From NCBI GenBank assembly GCA_021735685.1, contig JAIPGN010000003.1:1269-65268 (forward strand): a DNA stretch of 64,000 nt. Direction: 5' to 3'. A program made the position numbers and the translations under genes. The stretch is from Patescibacteria group bacterium. GTDB taxonomy: Bacteria > Patescibacteriota > Patescibacteriia > UBA2591 > UBA6264. The notes below the pieces were generated by a model. It searched no databases. It saw nothing but the letters and a program-made list of their open reading frames with translations, and was not told where the DNA came from. Positions 28,520-39,511 of the stretch are shown here, in pieces. How positions within the stretch are numbered: position 1 is the first letter of the stretch; each line of letters starts with the position of its first letter.

Positions 28520-29098
28520 CTAAAAAGTTATCAATCCTTTTTCTATTTCTTCTATCCCCGCAGCATTTCCTTCGTCTACGTTTAGATGGCAAGCCAAAGA
28601 ATATTCTGGAGAAACGCGGGCTAAAACTTCATAAATTACTCCCAATTTGTGTTCGGCGTTAATTTCTATAGTTATTAATTGTTGATCTTTGATTTGATGC
28701 TTTTGAGCTGTCTCTGGGTCAAAATGAATATGTCTTTTCGGGATAATAACCCCCTCTTTTAATTCCAAAGAACCTTGCGGCCCAATTAAACGGCACTTTT
28801 CTGAATCAATCAATTCTCCAGAACAACGAACTGGTGGATTAATCTTTAAATGATAAGCATCAGTTTTAGAAATTTCAACTTGCGTATATTCACGCAAAGG
28901 CCCAATTATTCTAACTTTTTCTAAACGATTCCCAGAAGCAAATTCACAAACAACAGTTTCTTTGGCGGCAAAAGAATTAGGCTGACGTAAATCCTTTAAA
29001 ATATTTAATTGATAATTTTTTCCAAAAAGAATATCTAGGTGTTCTGGGGTGAGATGAAGGTGTCGGGCAGATATTTCAACATCAACTTTAAATTGCAT
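28520..29098 (-). CDS. pduL: PduL-family phosphate acyltransferase
   Basis: SARHLHL, L.QP..FAAKE, VRIIGPLR..TQVEIS.TD, RHIH, DEGNA. Confidence 0.9.
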   Translation of the reverse strand: MQFKVDVEISARHLHLTPEHLDILFGKNYQLNILKDLRQPNSFAAKETVVCEFASGNRLEKVRIIGPLREYTQVEISKTDAYHLKINPPVRCSGELIDSEKCRLIGPQGSLELKEGVIIPKRHIHFDPETAQKHQIKDQQLITIEINAEHKLGVIYEVLARVSPEYSLACHLNVDEGNAAGIEEIEKGLITF

Positions 29099-29120
29099 AA
29101 ATTAAAAAATAATTAATTGA

Positions 29121-30095
29121 TTAAGAAACGATTTGTTTTTTACTCAAAAGACCTTTTTGGGCTCCAATAAAATTAATAACTGAAGCACTGTTCTTAGACC
29201 CCCAAAGCAAAGCGCGAGGCAAATTGTCAGGCTGATAAAATAAACTAGAAACAAAGCCAGCTGCAAAAGAATCGCCCGCTCCCGTAATATTAACAACTTT
29301 TGAGGGCCAGGGCTTTTGGAAGTAAACTTTATTTCCATCAGCAGCGTAAGCTCCTTTTTTGCCCACAGTCACCACCATCACTTTTGGACCTAATTTTTGA
29401 GCTACCTTTGCTAAATCCCTCACCTTTAAACCTTTAATTTTTTGCCCTGCTGAAAAAACCAGCTCCTTGGTCTCGTCTTCATTAAGAATCAAGACATCTG
29501 TTTGTTGTAACCAACGAGAAAGTTTTTTAGCGCCCGCTTTTAATTGAACATTGGAAGGATTCCAGGCGAATTTAACCCCTTGTTTTTTTAAGTCAAAAAG
29601 ACGATCTAAAAGATTTGACCAATTAGGACAACTAAGAGAAGAAATATAAACCCATTTCGTCTTAAAATTTATTTTAGGAATTTTCAAAATATCACTAGTC
29701 CCTCGATAGGCAAAAATAGTTTGAGCTCTTTTCACCCCTTGTAAACCTAAAATAAAAGTAAATCCCGTGCTGACCTTTTGGTCTATTTCAACAAAACTAG
29801 TGTCTACTTTATGCCTTTGGGCATCTTTAATCAAACCATCTCCTTCCCGATCGCTCCCTACTCTAGTGAGAAGAGCTGTCTTTAAACCCAAAGAGGAAAA
29901 GCCAGCCGCTGTATTATTGGCCCCTCCACCAGACTCAAAATTAACCTCATCTACATAAACTTTGGCGCCTAACTCAAAAGCAATCATTTGATGACAAAGT
30001 GGATCTTTTTCGTCTCGAACAACTTTTCCTTCTTTAGTAGAAAAAAAAATATCTCTCATTGCTCCTCCTACGGTCACTATATCAAAATTATTCAT
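29121..30095 (-). CDS. PfkB/ribokinase-family carbohydrate kinase
   Basis: GGGANNTA, VG.D..G, NEDE, VNITGAGDSF. Confidence 0.9.
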   Translation of the reverse strand: MNNFDIVTVGGAMRDIFFSTKEGKVVRDEKDPLCHQMIAFELGAKVYVDEVNFESGGGANNTAAGFSSLGLKTALLTRVGSDREGDGLIKDAQRHKVDTSFVEIDQKVSTGFTFILGLQGVKRAQTIFAYRGTSDILKIPKINFKTKWVYISSLSCPNWSNLLDRLFDLKKQGVKFAWNPSNVQLKAGAKKLSRWLQQTDVLILNEDETKELVFSAGQKIKGLKVRDLAKVAQKLGPKVMVVTVGKKGAYAADGNKVYFQKPWPSKVVNITGAGDSFAAGFVSSLFYQPDNLPRALLWGSKNSASVINFIGAQKGLLSKKQIVS

Positions 30096-30106
30096 AAATT
30101 TAAAAA

Positions 30107-32416
30107 TTAAAAATTCCTTAACTCTGCCTTAAATTTTTGTTTTAATTTATTAATAATTATTTTTTGAACTTTTTCAACCTCTTTTGATTCTAGGGTTTTC
30201 TCCTTTGACTGATAAATTAGATGAAAAGCCAAACTCCTTTTTTCTTTCTGTCCTTCAATTTTCTTTTGATGATCAGACAAATCAAAAACATCGAAAAGCT
30301 CAACTGCTTTAATTAGAGGGCTGATAGTTTTAATTTCCCTAAAAATTTCTGCCCAAGAATATTTTTGATCAATCAAAAAAGCTAAATCTCTTTTTACTGG
30401 AGGATAGGGAGAAATCAAAGAATATTTTTTAACTAAGTTTTGTTCCTTGATTAAAAAAGCAAAATCTATTTCAAAAACAGCAAACTGATCTGAGACTAAA
30501 CGCAACTCCCCTCTTTTCTTCCCTCCTAAATATATACCTTTCTCCTGATAATCAAATTTTTGTTTATCAATGCCCAATTCTTCCCAAAGCAACTCTAAAA
30601 CTCCTTTAGCTTCTTGAAAAATATCTTTTTCTGGAGCGCAAATTAATCCCCCGATTTTTATCTTTTCTTGAGGATCAAAAATTTTTCCAATCTCAAATAT
30701 TTTAAATTGCTGAAAATTAGCTAAATTTTGCTCAGCGTTTTTAATTAAATCTGCTTGCAAAGACTTCTTTAAATAACCTTGATTAGAGTTCAAGGGATTA
30801 ATAACCTTAACTTTTCCCGGCTGATCAGTAAAAGCATAGTTATAAACCTCGTCAAAACCGCAAGCTCTTAAAACTTGACTAACTTTTTTTCTTAATTTTA
30901 ATTCCGGAGAAAGTAAAGTGGGTTCTAAAAATGCCTTAATGGGCTGAGGTTTAATTTTTTCCAGACCATAAAGCCGAATTACCTCTTCAGCTAAATCTTC
31001 AAAAGCTAATAAATCAGGACGATGCAAGGGTAATTGAACCTGTAGCAACTTACCTTTTTTTCTTTCCGTAACCTGGCAATCTAATTTTTCAAGAATTCTT
31101 GTTATCTGTGAAGAAGGAATTTTCTGACCAACAAATTTTTCTAATTTTTCAATATCAAAAAGAAGTGAAGGTAAAACCTTTTTGTTTGCACTTTTTTCAG
31201 AAAAATTATAAACCGAACTAGCCACTCTAGCTCCAAGCATTTTTTGTAAAAGATAAAGAGAGCGACCGAGTCCTGATTCCGTAAAAATTAAAGGTAGCCC
31301 TTTTTCAAAACGTAAAACCGCTTCGGTTCTTAAGCCTAAACGCCAAGAAGTTCGACGAAGGTTAATCGGATTAAAATTAGCTGATTCAATTACAATTCTC
31401 TGAGTATTAGAGTCAATGCCCGAATCTTTCCCACCAATTAAGCCAGCCAAAGCCAAAGGGGTTTTTGAATTAGCAATAACTAAATCCTCTTTTTCTAAAA
31501 CATGTTCCTCTTGATGCAAGGCAACCATTTTTTCTTGCGATTGAGCCCGACGAATTACAATTTGAGCTTGTTTTTTGTCTTCACTAATTTTATCAAAATC
31601 AAAAGCGTGCAAGGGTTGACCACTTTCCAACATCACGTAATTCATAATATCAACCACATTATTAATCGGTTGAATTCCCAAATTTCTTAACCGATTTTGC
31701 ATAACCAAAGGAGAGGGCTCAATTCTAATATTATCTAAAATTACAGCCAAATAACGAGAACAAAGATCAGGAGCTTTATTTTTTAAATCTAATTTTAAAG
31801 GACCAGCGCAAGTGTCCAAAGGAACTGTTTTTAAATTTTGAAAACGTAAATTTTTTCCAGCTCCCGCTCTAATCTCACGAGCTAAGCCGCGATGATTAAA
31901 TAAGTCTGACCGATGAGTAATAGATTTGTTCTCTATCTCCAAAAGATAATCGTTAAAGCCCAAAGCCTTAACCAGAATTTGACCCAAAGGAGCATCTGAA
32001 GGCAAAATAAAAATTCCTTGATGATCAGAACCAAGTCCCAATTCTCGAGCCGAGCAAAGCATTCCCCTGGATTCTATCCCCCTAATTTTAACTTTTTTAA
32101 TAATATCTCCTGAGGGCAACTCCGTTCCCTCTTGAGCCAAAGGAACCCTTTGCCCTTCTTTAATATTAGAGGCCCCGCAAACTACTGTTGTTGTCTTATT
32201 TCCTAAATCAACCTTCACTAGATTAAGTTTATCTGCCTGCGGATGCTTTTTAATCTCTAAAATTTGCCCCACAATTACTCGAGAGTCAATTTCTTCTTTT
32301 AAATTTCTTATTTTTTCTACATTAGCCACGCATTGATTCAAAAATTGAGCCACCTCTTGAGGGGTCTTTTTCAAATCTGGTAAAAATTCTTTAAGCCAAT
32401 TATAGGAAAAAAGCAT
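30107..32416 (-). CDS. pheT: Phenylalanine-tRNA ligase beta subunit
   Basis: SYNWL, HPQADKL, VCGA.N, GMLCS, INNVVD, GQPLHAFD, RFEKG, EEVIRLYG, RDLAF. Confidence 0.97.
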   Translation of the reverse strand: MLFSYNWLKEFLPDLKKTPQEVAQFLNQCVANVEKIRNLKEEIDSRVIVGQILEIKKHPQADKLNLVKVDLGNKTTTVVCGASNIKEGQRVPLAQEGTELPSGDIIKKVKIRGIESRGMLCSARELGLGSDHQGIFILPSDAPLGQILVKALGFNDYLLEIENKSITHRSDLFNHRGLAREIRAGAGKNLRFQNLKTVPLDTCAGPLKLDLKNKAPDLCSRYLAVILDNIRIEPSPLVMQNRLRNLGIQPINNVVDIMNYVMLESGQPLHAFDFDKISEDKKQAQIVIRRAQSQEKMVALHQEEHVLEKEDLVIANSKTPLALAGLIGGKDSGIDSNTQRIVIESANFNPINLRRTSWRLGLRTEAVLRFEKGLPLIFTESGLGRSLYLLQKMLGARVASSVYNFSEKSANKKVLPSLLFDIEKLEKFVGQKIPSSQITRILEKLDCQVTERKKGKLLQVQLPLHRPDLLAFEDLAEEVIRLYGLEKIKPQPIKAFLEPTLLSPELKLRKKVSQVLRACGFDEVYNYAFTDQPGKVKVINPLNSNQGYLKKSLQADLIKNAEQNLANFQQFKIFEIGKIFDPQEKIKIGGLICAPEKDIFQEAKGVLELLWEELGIDKQKFDYQEKGIYLGGKKRGELRLVSDQFAVFEIDFAFLIKEQNLVKKYSLISPYPPVKRDLAFLIDQKYSWAEIFREIKTISPLIKAVELFDVFDLSDHQKKIEGQKEKRSLAFHLIYQSKEKTLESKEVEKVQKIIINKLKQKFKAELRNF

Positions 32417-32424
32417 AATTACAA

Positions 32425-33486
32425 TTAAAATTGTCTAATAAATCTTAAATCGCCAGAATGGAACCAGCGGATATCGTCAATTTGTCGGAGCATCATTAGT
32501 AAACGATCCAAACCAATACCAAAAGCAAAGCCCTGATATTTACCCGCGGGATAACCAATTGCTTCGTAGACTCGCGGATGAATCATTCCGCAACCCAACA
32601 TTTCTACCCAACCACTTTGACCACAAACCGAACATCCCCTCCCCCCGCAATTCAAACAAGAAAAATCTACTTCAAAGCTAGGCTCAGTAAAAGGAAAATA
32701 ACTAGGACGCAAACGAATTTTCACTTCTTGCCCAAAAAGTAAACTCAAAAAACTACGCAAGGTATGAATTAAATTAGAAACATTAATGTCTTCGTCTACG
32801 CAAAAACCCTCCACTTGATACAAAGTATGCTCGTGAGAAACGTCTGTGGCTTCATTACGAAAACAACGACCAATAACGCAAGCCCGCAAAGGAGGTTGAC
32901 GCTTCTCCATAAATCTAATCTGCATAGGAGAGGTGTGAGTCCGTAATAATAATTTGCCCTCTGACTCGGTGGTCTTTATTTTTTTTTGAGAAAAACCCTT
33001 CAAGAAAAAGGTGTCCCACATATCTCTTGCCGGATGACCATCTGGAATATTAAGAGCTTCAAAATTATAATACTCTGTTTCCATTTCCGGGCCATCTAAG
33101 ATTTCAAAACCAAGAGAGCTAAAAATTTCCGCTACTTTCCATCGCATTTGGGTTAAAGGATGTTCGTGCCCTAAATCTATTTTTCGGCCAGGCAAGGTAA
33201 AATCTCTTTTCACTGAACTCTTATTCTTCCCTTGGCTAATCTTCTCTTTTGCTTGATTAATCTTCTCTTCTAATTTCTGAGAAACTTGATTAGCTAAAGC
33301 TCCAATTTGAGGACGCTGATCAAGAGGTAAATCTTTGATACCTCTTAAAATATCGTTCATTTTCCCCTCTTTCCGACCTAGATACTTTTTCCATAAATTA
33401 TCTAAAGATAAAACATCTTGAGCTTTCTCAATCTCTCTTTCCGCTTCTTTTTTAATCTCTTTAATTTGTGATGGCGTAATTATCAT
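32425..33486 (-). CDS. pheS: Phenylalanine-tRNA ligase alpha subunit
   Basis: HPARDMWDTF, LRTHTSP, RPSYFPFTEPS, GFAFGIGLDR; CxxC..CxxC Zn insert. Confidence 0.98.
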   Translation of the reverse strand: MIITPSQIKEIKKEAEREIEKAQDVLSLDNLWKKYLGRKEGKMNDILRGIKDLPLDQRPQIGALANQVSQKLEEKINQAKEKISQGKNKSSVKRDFTLPGRKIDLGHEHPLTQMRWKVAEIFSSLGFEILDGPEMETEYYNFEALNIPDGHPARDMWDTFFLKGFSQKKIKTTESEGKLLLRTHTSPMQIRFMEKRQPPLRACVIGRCFRNEATDVSHEHTLYQVEGFCVDEDINVSNLIHTLRSFLSLLFGQEVKIRLRPSYFPFTEPSFEVDFSCLNCGGRGCSVCGQSGWVEMLGCGMIHPRVYEAIGYPAGKYQGFAFGIGLDRLLMMLRQIDDIRWFHSGDLRFIRQF

Positions 33487-33498
33487 AATAATTTGAGC

Positions 33499-33882
33499 TT
33501 AAGCTCTGTATCTTCGATTTGAAAATAAGAAAAAAAGTTCTAAAAAAATTAAAAATAAAAATAAAAAGGTTAAATTCCACCAACGAAGCAAATCCATTCC
33601 CTTTAAAAGGAAGACTGAAATTATTAAAAAACTTAACCAAAGTCCTTGGCGAAAGGCTATTTCCACTTGCTTAAAAACTGGCTTTTTTTTAAGCCAAATT
33701 CTAACCAAAAAGCCAATCACCGAACTAGTTCCTAAAATCGACAAAAATAAACTAAAATAAAAAAGAACAAAACCAATCAGATCAGATTGAGCTGGATTAA
33801 TTAAGCTCAAAACCAAAAACCAAGAAGCCCAGCAAATCAGAGTCAAGAAAGTCATTAAATTAAGATACTTTTTTAAAGTCAT
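33499..33882 (-). CDS. Hypothetical four-TM membrane protein
   Basis: Hydrophobic; FRQG..L..WWN motif; first gene of the pheST unit. Confidence 0.7.
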   Translation of the reverse strand: MTLKKYLNLMTFLTLICWASWFLVLSLINPAQSDLIGFVLFYFSLFLSILGTSSVIGFLVRIWLKKKPVFKQVEIAFRQGLWLSFLIISVFLLKGMDLLRWWNLTFLFLFLIFLELFFLFSNRRYRA

Positions 33883-33957
33883 AATAAATATCTAAAAAAT
33901 AATTAATAAAAGCCCCTAGTTGCGTTTTCTTTATTATATCAATCTCCAAGCAAAATG

Positions 33958-34000
33958 CAAGAAAAAAGTTTGGGAGTTGAACTCCCAAACTTTTTCTTGC
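33958..34000 (-). terminator. groEL terminator
   Basis: AAGAAAAAAGTTTGGGAGT-TGA-ACTCCCAAACTTTTTCTT inverted repeat. Confidence 0.8.
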
Positions 34001-34028
34001 AAGAATTACTTTTTCGATTAAATAAGAA

Positions 34029-35702
<1,674 letters not shown>

Positions 35703-35736
35703 TTAATAAAATCTACTATTATTAAATAATATGGTT

Positions 35737-36030
35737 CTATTGAATAACCGCAACTACGCGATCATAGTCAACAACTAAAAATTCCTTACCCTCTACTTTA
35801 TATTCATCAGAACCGTACTTTTCAAACAAAATATTGTCTCCGACCTTTAAGTCAATATTTTCTCTTTGTCCATTATCTAAAGACTTTCCCGGACCCAAAG
35901 CAATAACTTTACCTCGCACCGGCTTTTCTTTATCAGTGGTTTCCGGTAAAATAATACCAGCCTTACTTACTTCATTTTCGATAATCGGTTCCACAATCAG
36001 CCGACTACCCATTGGTTTAAGTTTTAACAT
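35737..36030 (-). CDS. groS: Co-chaperonin GroES
   Basis: LKPMGSR, GIILP, KEKP..G.VIA.GPG, VGD.ILF.KYG. Confidence 0.97.
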   Translation of the reverse strand: MLKLKPMGSRLIVEPIIENEVSKAGIILPETTDKEKPVRGKVIALGPGKSLDNGQRENIDLKVGDNILFEKYGSDEYKVEGKEFLVVDYDRVVAVIQ

Positions 36031-36059
36031 AAAATTAAAAATTTAATTAATTTCTTAAA

Positions 36060-36113
36060 TTAGCAGTCTTGACCTTTATCTGCTAATTATAAAAAATACT
36101 AAAAAAAAGTCAA
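36060..36113 (-). promoter_or_regulatory. CIRCE-like operator plus sigma70 promoter of groESL
   Basis: TTAGCAGTC-N9-ATCTGCTAA (36060-36086) versus consensus TTAGCACTC-N9-GAGTGCTAA; TTGACT-16-TATAAT (36113-36086). Confidence 0.75.
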
Positions 36114-36122
36114 TAGTTTTTT

Positions 36123-36653
36123 ATGAATATCTTTCGTTCCTCTTTTTTAATCATAACCCTATCAATTGTTTTTTTTCTTGGTAAAAATTGTTGGGCTCAA
36201 AGTCAAAAAACAGATTTATATTTTTTTCACAGCCCCCTTTGTTCGGCTTGCCGACAAACTGAAATATCATTAGGGCAACTAAAGGCCAAGTATCCTCATC
36301 TTGAAATCAAAAGATTTAACGTCCTGTCCTCAATCCATAATCAAGAAATATATAAACTTTTGAGCCAAGCTTATCAAGTAAAATTTGATTCTGTGCCTGG
36401 TATTTTTATTGAAGAAAAGGCCTTTAATAAGTTTTCTCTAGGCGTAATCTCGCAAATAGAACAAATCTTAATTCGATGCGCCCACCAAAAGTGTCCATCT
36501 CCTAATGAAAAACTTTTAAACCAATCAAACAAAAAAGAAGAAAAAGAATCTTCTTCTTTAAATATTAAAATTACTTACTGGTTAATTCCTTTTATTTTAT
36601 TTTTTTTCATTTTGAAAAGAAAAAAAAACATATCTTCTCAATCTTCTTCTTGA
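36123..36653 (+). CDS. Exported thioredoxin/glutaredoxin-fold protein with C-terminal TM anchor
   Basis: Signal peptide; YFFHSPLCSAC (CxxC); SVP cis-Pro motif; C-terminal hydrophobic helix plus basic tail. Confidence 0.7.
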   Translation: MNIFRSSFLIITLSIVFFLGKNCWAQSQKTDLYFFHSPLCSACRQTEISLGQLKAKYPHLEIKRFNVLSSIHNQEIYKLLSQAYQVKFDSVPGIFIEEKAFNKFSLGVISQIEQILIRCAHQKCPSPNEKLLNQSNKKEEKESSSLNIKITYWLIPFILFFFILKRKKNISSQSSS

Positions 36654-38200
36654 AAAACCTCGGCCTGAAAAATATAAATATCAGAATCTCCTTGTCGCCA
36701 AGCTTCTCTTTCTAGGCCAGCTTTTTCTTGACAGAGACGCCCCATAAATTCATCTAAATCCCAATTATTTTCAAAAGCTACTTGAGGTAAAAAAACTCCA
36801 GTTTGTTCTCCTTTTCTAATTAAGACCCCATCTCTTCCTAGTTGAATTTCTTGGAAGGGATCTTTTATTTTTTGCAAAGGAGACAAAACTGATATTTCAA
36901 TAACTATATCTTCTATTTCAGCTAACCGTAAAGGCTGAAAACGAGGGTCTTCTAAGGCCGCACTTACTGCCATTTTTGAGATTAAATTATAAAGAGGCTC
37001 TTTCTTTTCTTCAACTTTTCCCAAACAACCTCTCAGGCTTTCTCCTTTTTTTAAAGTAACAAAAGCTCCTTGTTTAAATTTCAATCTTGGACTTATTTTC
37101 TCGGAATCAATTTTTAAAAACTTTCCTTCTTGAAGATAGAATTCTATGCTTTGATGCGCTAAATTAAGAAGTATTTTTCGGTCTTCCGCACTTAAAGAAT
37201 TTTCTGAAAAAGATATATCTTCTTCCAAAGGCCTTTCTTTTCCTAGAGCAAAATTAGCATATCCGACAACCTGAGAACGGTCACCGGTAATATCCCCCGA
37301 GTTCAAATAACCCCCATTTTCAATTCTTTGAATGCCAATCATTTTAGCCAAAAGTAAAGCAATATAAATAGAATCTCTCCCGCAAGCACAAGTATTTAGG
37401 TCGCCCTGATATTGAGTCAACAATTCTTGACTAGTCTCTAAAAATTCATCTGGATCTCCCCTTAAAACAGATTCTATAATTTTTTGATCAACCGATTGAG
37501 CTATTTCTGAAGAAGGGTAATGAGATAAATCCGAACTAACTATTACTATAGTTTGAGGGTCGATATATTCGCTTAAGGTTTGCGCTAAACTTTGAGCCTG
37601 CTCTCGATTGATCTGCGAAGTGACAATAGGAACAATCTTAAAATCATTTTCTAATGTCTTTTGCAAAAAAGGTAAACAAACTTCCAAGCTATGTTCCTTT
37701 TTGTGGGCCAAAGGGCGATCCAAAATTCCTTTTTTCGGATCTATTATTTGATGAGCTAAGGCAAGATCAACCTTAACTAAGCCAAGAGGAGTTTGCCAAA
37801 AATCATGCGTATCAACCGAAATTCCCTGAAACCAATCCTGATGAGCCGGTCCTAATAAAATAACTTTTTTAAAATTTTCTCCTACCAACAATTGAAAGGC
37901 TTGAGCTGCAATTGAACCAGAAAATTGATAACCAGCGTGAGGAACAATTAAAATGCGAGGCCAAAATTTATTATTTAAAAAATTTTCAGATTCTTTTAAA
38001 TATTGATCGATTTGAGAAGATAAAATTTTAGCATCAGCTGAATAAAAAGAACCAGCTCCCACTGGCTCTCGTTTTCTTTGATTTTCGTCTTTTCCCCATT
38101 GGTTATTCATAATCATTAAAATTAAGATTAAAAAAATGGCTAAGAAAAAAACAAAAATTACTTTTAAGACTTTTTTACTTTTTTTAAAACCTATAAACAT
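36638..38200 (-). CDS. Fused AmmeMemoRadiSam protein B (MEMO1) + protein A (AMMECR1), N-terminal TM
   Basis: Memo: AGSFY, PHAGY..SG, GPAH, EHSLE, SSDLSHY, ACG, GD...VVGY. AMMECR1: GAFVTL, LRGC, DPRF, EISVLS, FLPQVA, KAG. Confidence 0.9.
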   Translation of the reverse strand: MFIGFKKSKKVLKVIFVFFLAIFLILILMIMNNQWGKDENQRKREPVGAGSFYSADAKILSSQIDQYLKESENFLNNKFWPRILIVPHAGYQFSGSIAAQAFQLLVGENFKKVILLGPAHQDWFQGISVDTHDFWQTPLGLVKVDLALAHQIIDPKKGILDRPLAHKKEHSLEVCLPFLQKTLENDFKIVPIVTSQINREQAQSLAQTLSEYIDPQTIVIVSSDLSHYPSSEIAQSVDQKIIESVLRGDPDEFLETSQELLTQYQGDLNTCACGRDSIYIALLLAKMIGIQRIENGGYLNSGDITGDRSQVVGYANFALGKERPLEEDISFSENSLSAEDRKILLNLAHQSIEFYLQEGKFLKIDSEKISPRLKFKQGAFVTLKKGESLRGCLGKVEEKKEPLYNLISKMAVSAALEDPRFQPLRLAEIEDIVIEISVLSPLQKIKDPFQEIQLGRDGVLIRKGEQTGVFLPQVAFENNWDLDEFMGRLCQEKAGLEREAWRQGDSDIYIFQAEVFQEED

Positions 38201-38284
38201 AATCTAGACAAAAAAACAATATCTGTCTCTTTTTTAAAGAAACGTTAATTTAGCTCTTTTTTAACAAAATTTAATCAGAAAAAA

Positions 38285-38551
38285 TTAGGCTACCTTATAA
38301 ACTCGGTCTCCTGGTTTCACTAACTCATCGAATTTTAAGCCAACAGCATTCCCCTTCTTGGCCTTTTCAATATTTTCGTGCTCAACCTGCATAGACTTAA
38401 CCTCTTGAATAAAATCTCTCTCTCCTCCTTGAATATGAATCTCATCCCCTACCTTTAAATTAGCAGATAACTCAATCACCCCCACCCCAATCTGACCAAA
38501 GTAATGAGTAATTTTGCCAATTTGTTTTTCTTTTGCCATAAAATTGAACAA
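38285..38551 (-). CDS. Small beta-barrel protein (translation-factor domain II / peptidase U32 C-terminal-like)
   Basis: IGKITHYF..IGVGVIEL...LKVGDEI.I.G...F.Q.V.SMQ...VG. Confidence 0.7.
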   Translation of the reverse strand: MFNFMAKEKQIGKITHYFGQIGVGVIELSANLKVGDEIHIQGGERDFIQEVKSMQVEHENIEKAKKGNAVGLKFDELVKPGDRVYKVA

Positions 38552-38571
38552 TTAAAATATAATTATTTTTA

Positions 38572-39252
38572 TTAAATAACATATCGACCAGCCGGTTGAT
38601 CTCCAATCATCAAGCCTTTATCTAAAGTAAAAACTCTTTTTCTCACAAAATTAACAATTTCGCGATTATGAGTAACTAAAAGAACCGTGGTCCCAAATTC
38701 ATTAATTTTTTTTAAAAGCCGCACAATATCACGAGTAATAATTGGGTCCAAATTTCCAGTAGGCTCATCAGCAATTAATATTTTAGGGCGATGAACTAAA
38801 GCCCGAGCAATAACTGCTCTTTGTAATTCTCCGGCTGAAAGCTGACGAGGAAAATACTTTCCCTTATGTTTTAAACCTACTATCCTTAAAACTTGTTCTC
38901 CAATTTCTTTAACTCGTTTACGAGAAACTCGGGCCACGTCTAAAGCAAAAGTAATATTCTCTTGAATGGTCTTTTTTTCTAATAATTTAAAATCTTGAAA
39001 AACAACTCCAATCTGACGCCGCAAAATTGGTACTTCCCTTAATTTTATTTTAGTGATGTCCCAATCTCCTAATAATATTTTTCCCGAGCTTACCTCTTCC
39101 TCAGCTAATAAAAGTTTAATAATGGTGGTCTTCCCTGCTCCAGATTGACCAACAATAGAAACAAACTCCCCCGGACGAATATGAAAAGAAATGTTCCGTA
39201 AAGCGTAAACATCAGGGGGGTAAAATTTAGTAACATTAACAAATTTAATCAT
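38572..39252 (-). CDS. ftsE: Cell division ABC ATPase FtsE
   Basis: GQSGAGKTT, RRQIGVVFQDFKLL, LSAGE, ADEPTGNLD, VTH. Confidence 0.88.
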   Translation of the reverse strand: MIKFVNVTKFYPPDVYALRNISFHIRPGEFVSIVGQSGAGKTTIIKLLLAEEEVSSGKILLGDWDITKIKLREVPILRRQIGVVFQDFKLLEKKTIQENITFALDVARVSRKRVKEIGEQVLRIVGLKHKGKYFPRQLSAGELQRAVIARALVHRPKILIADEPTGNLDPIITRDIVRLLKKINEFGTTVLLVTHNREIVNFVRKRVFTLDKGLMIGDQPAGRYVI

Positions 39253-39273
39253 AAATATTTTATAAAGCCAGAA

Positions 39274-39349
39274 TGGAGCCGAAGGTGGGAGTCGAACCCA
39301 CGACCTCTGCTTTACGAAAGCATTGCTCTCCCAACTGAGCTACTTCGGC
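39274..39349 (-). tRNA. tRNA-Thr(CGT)
   Basis: GCCGAAG stem; TGCT-TTCGTAA-AGCA; GGTTCGACTCC; CCA. Confidence 0.93.
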
Positions 39350-39428
39350 TTAGAGAACCTAATACCCTCGCCACCAATAGAGGCAGACTTACTTACCAAC
39401 AGGTACCAATTTGAGCCACATAGGCAAA

Positions 39429-39503
39429 TGGAGCGAGTGAGCGGAGTCGAACCGCCGTCATCTCCTTGGGAAGGAGATATAATAACCGTTATACGACACT
39501 CGC
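39429..39503 (-). tRNA. tRNA-Gly(CCC)
   Basis: GCGAGTG stem; TCTCC-TTCCCAA-GGAGA; GGTTCGACTCC; TCCA. Confidence 0.95.
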
Positions 39504-39511
39504 TGAAATCA

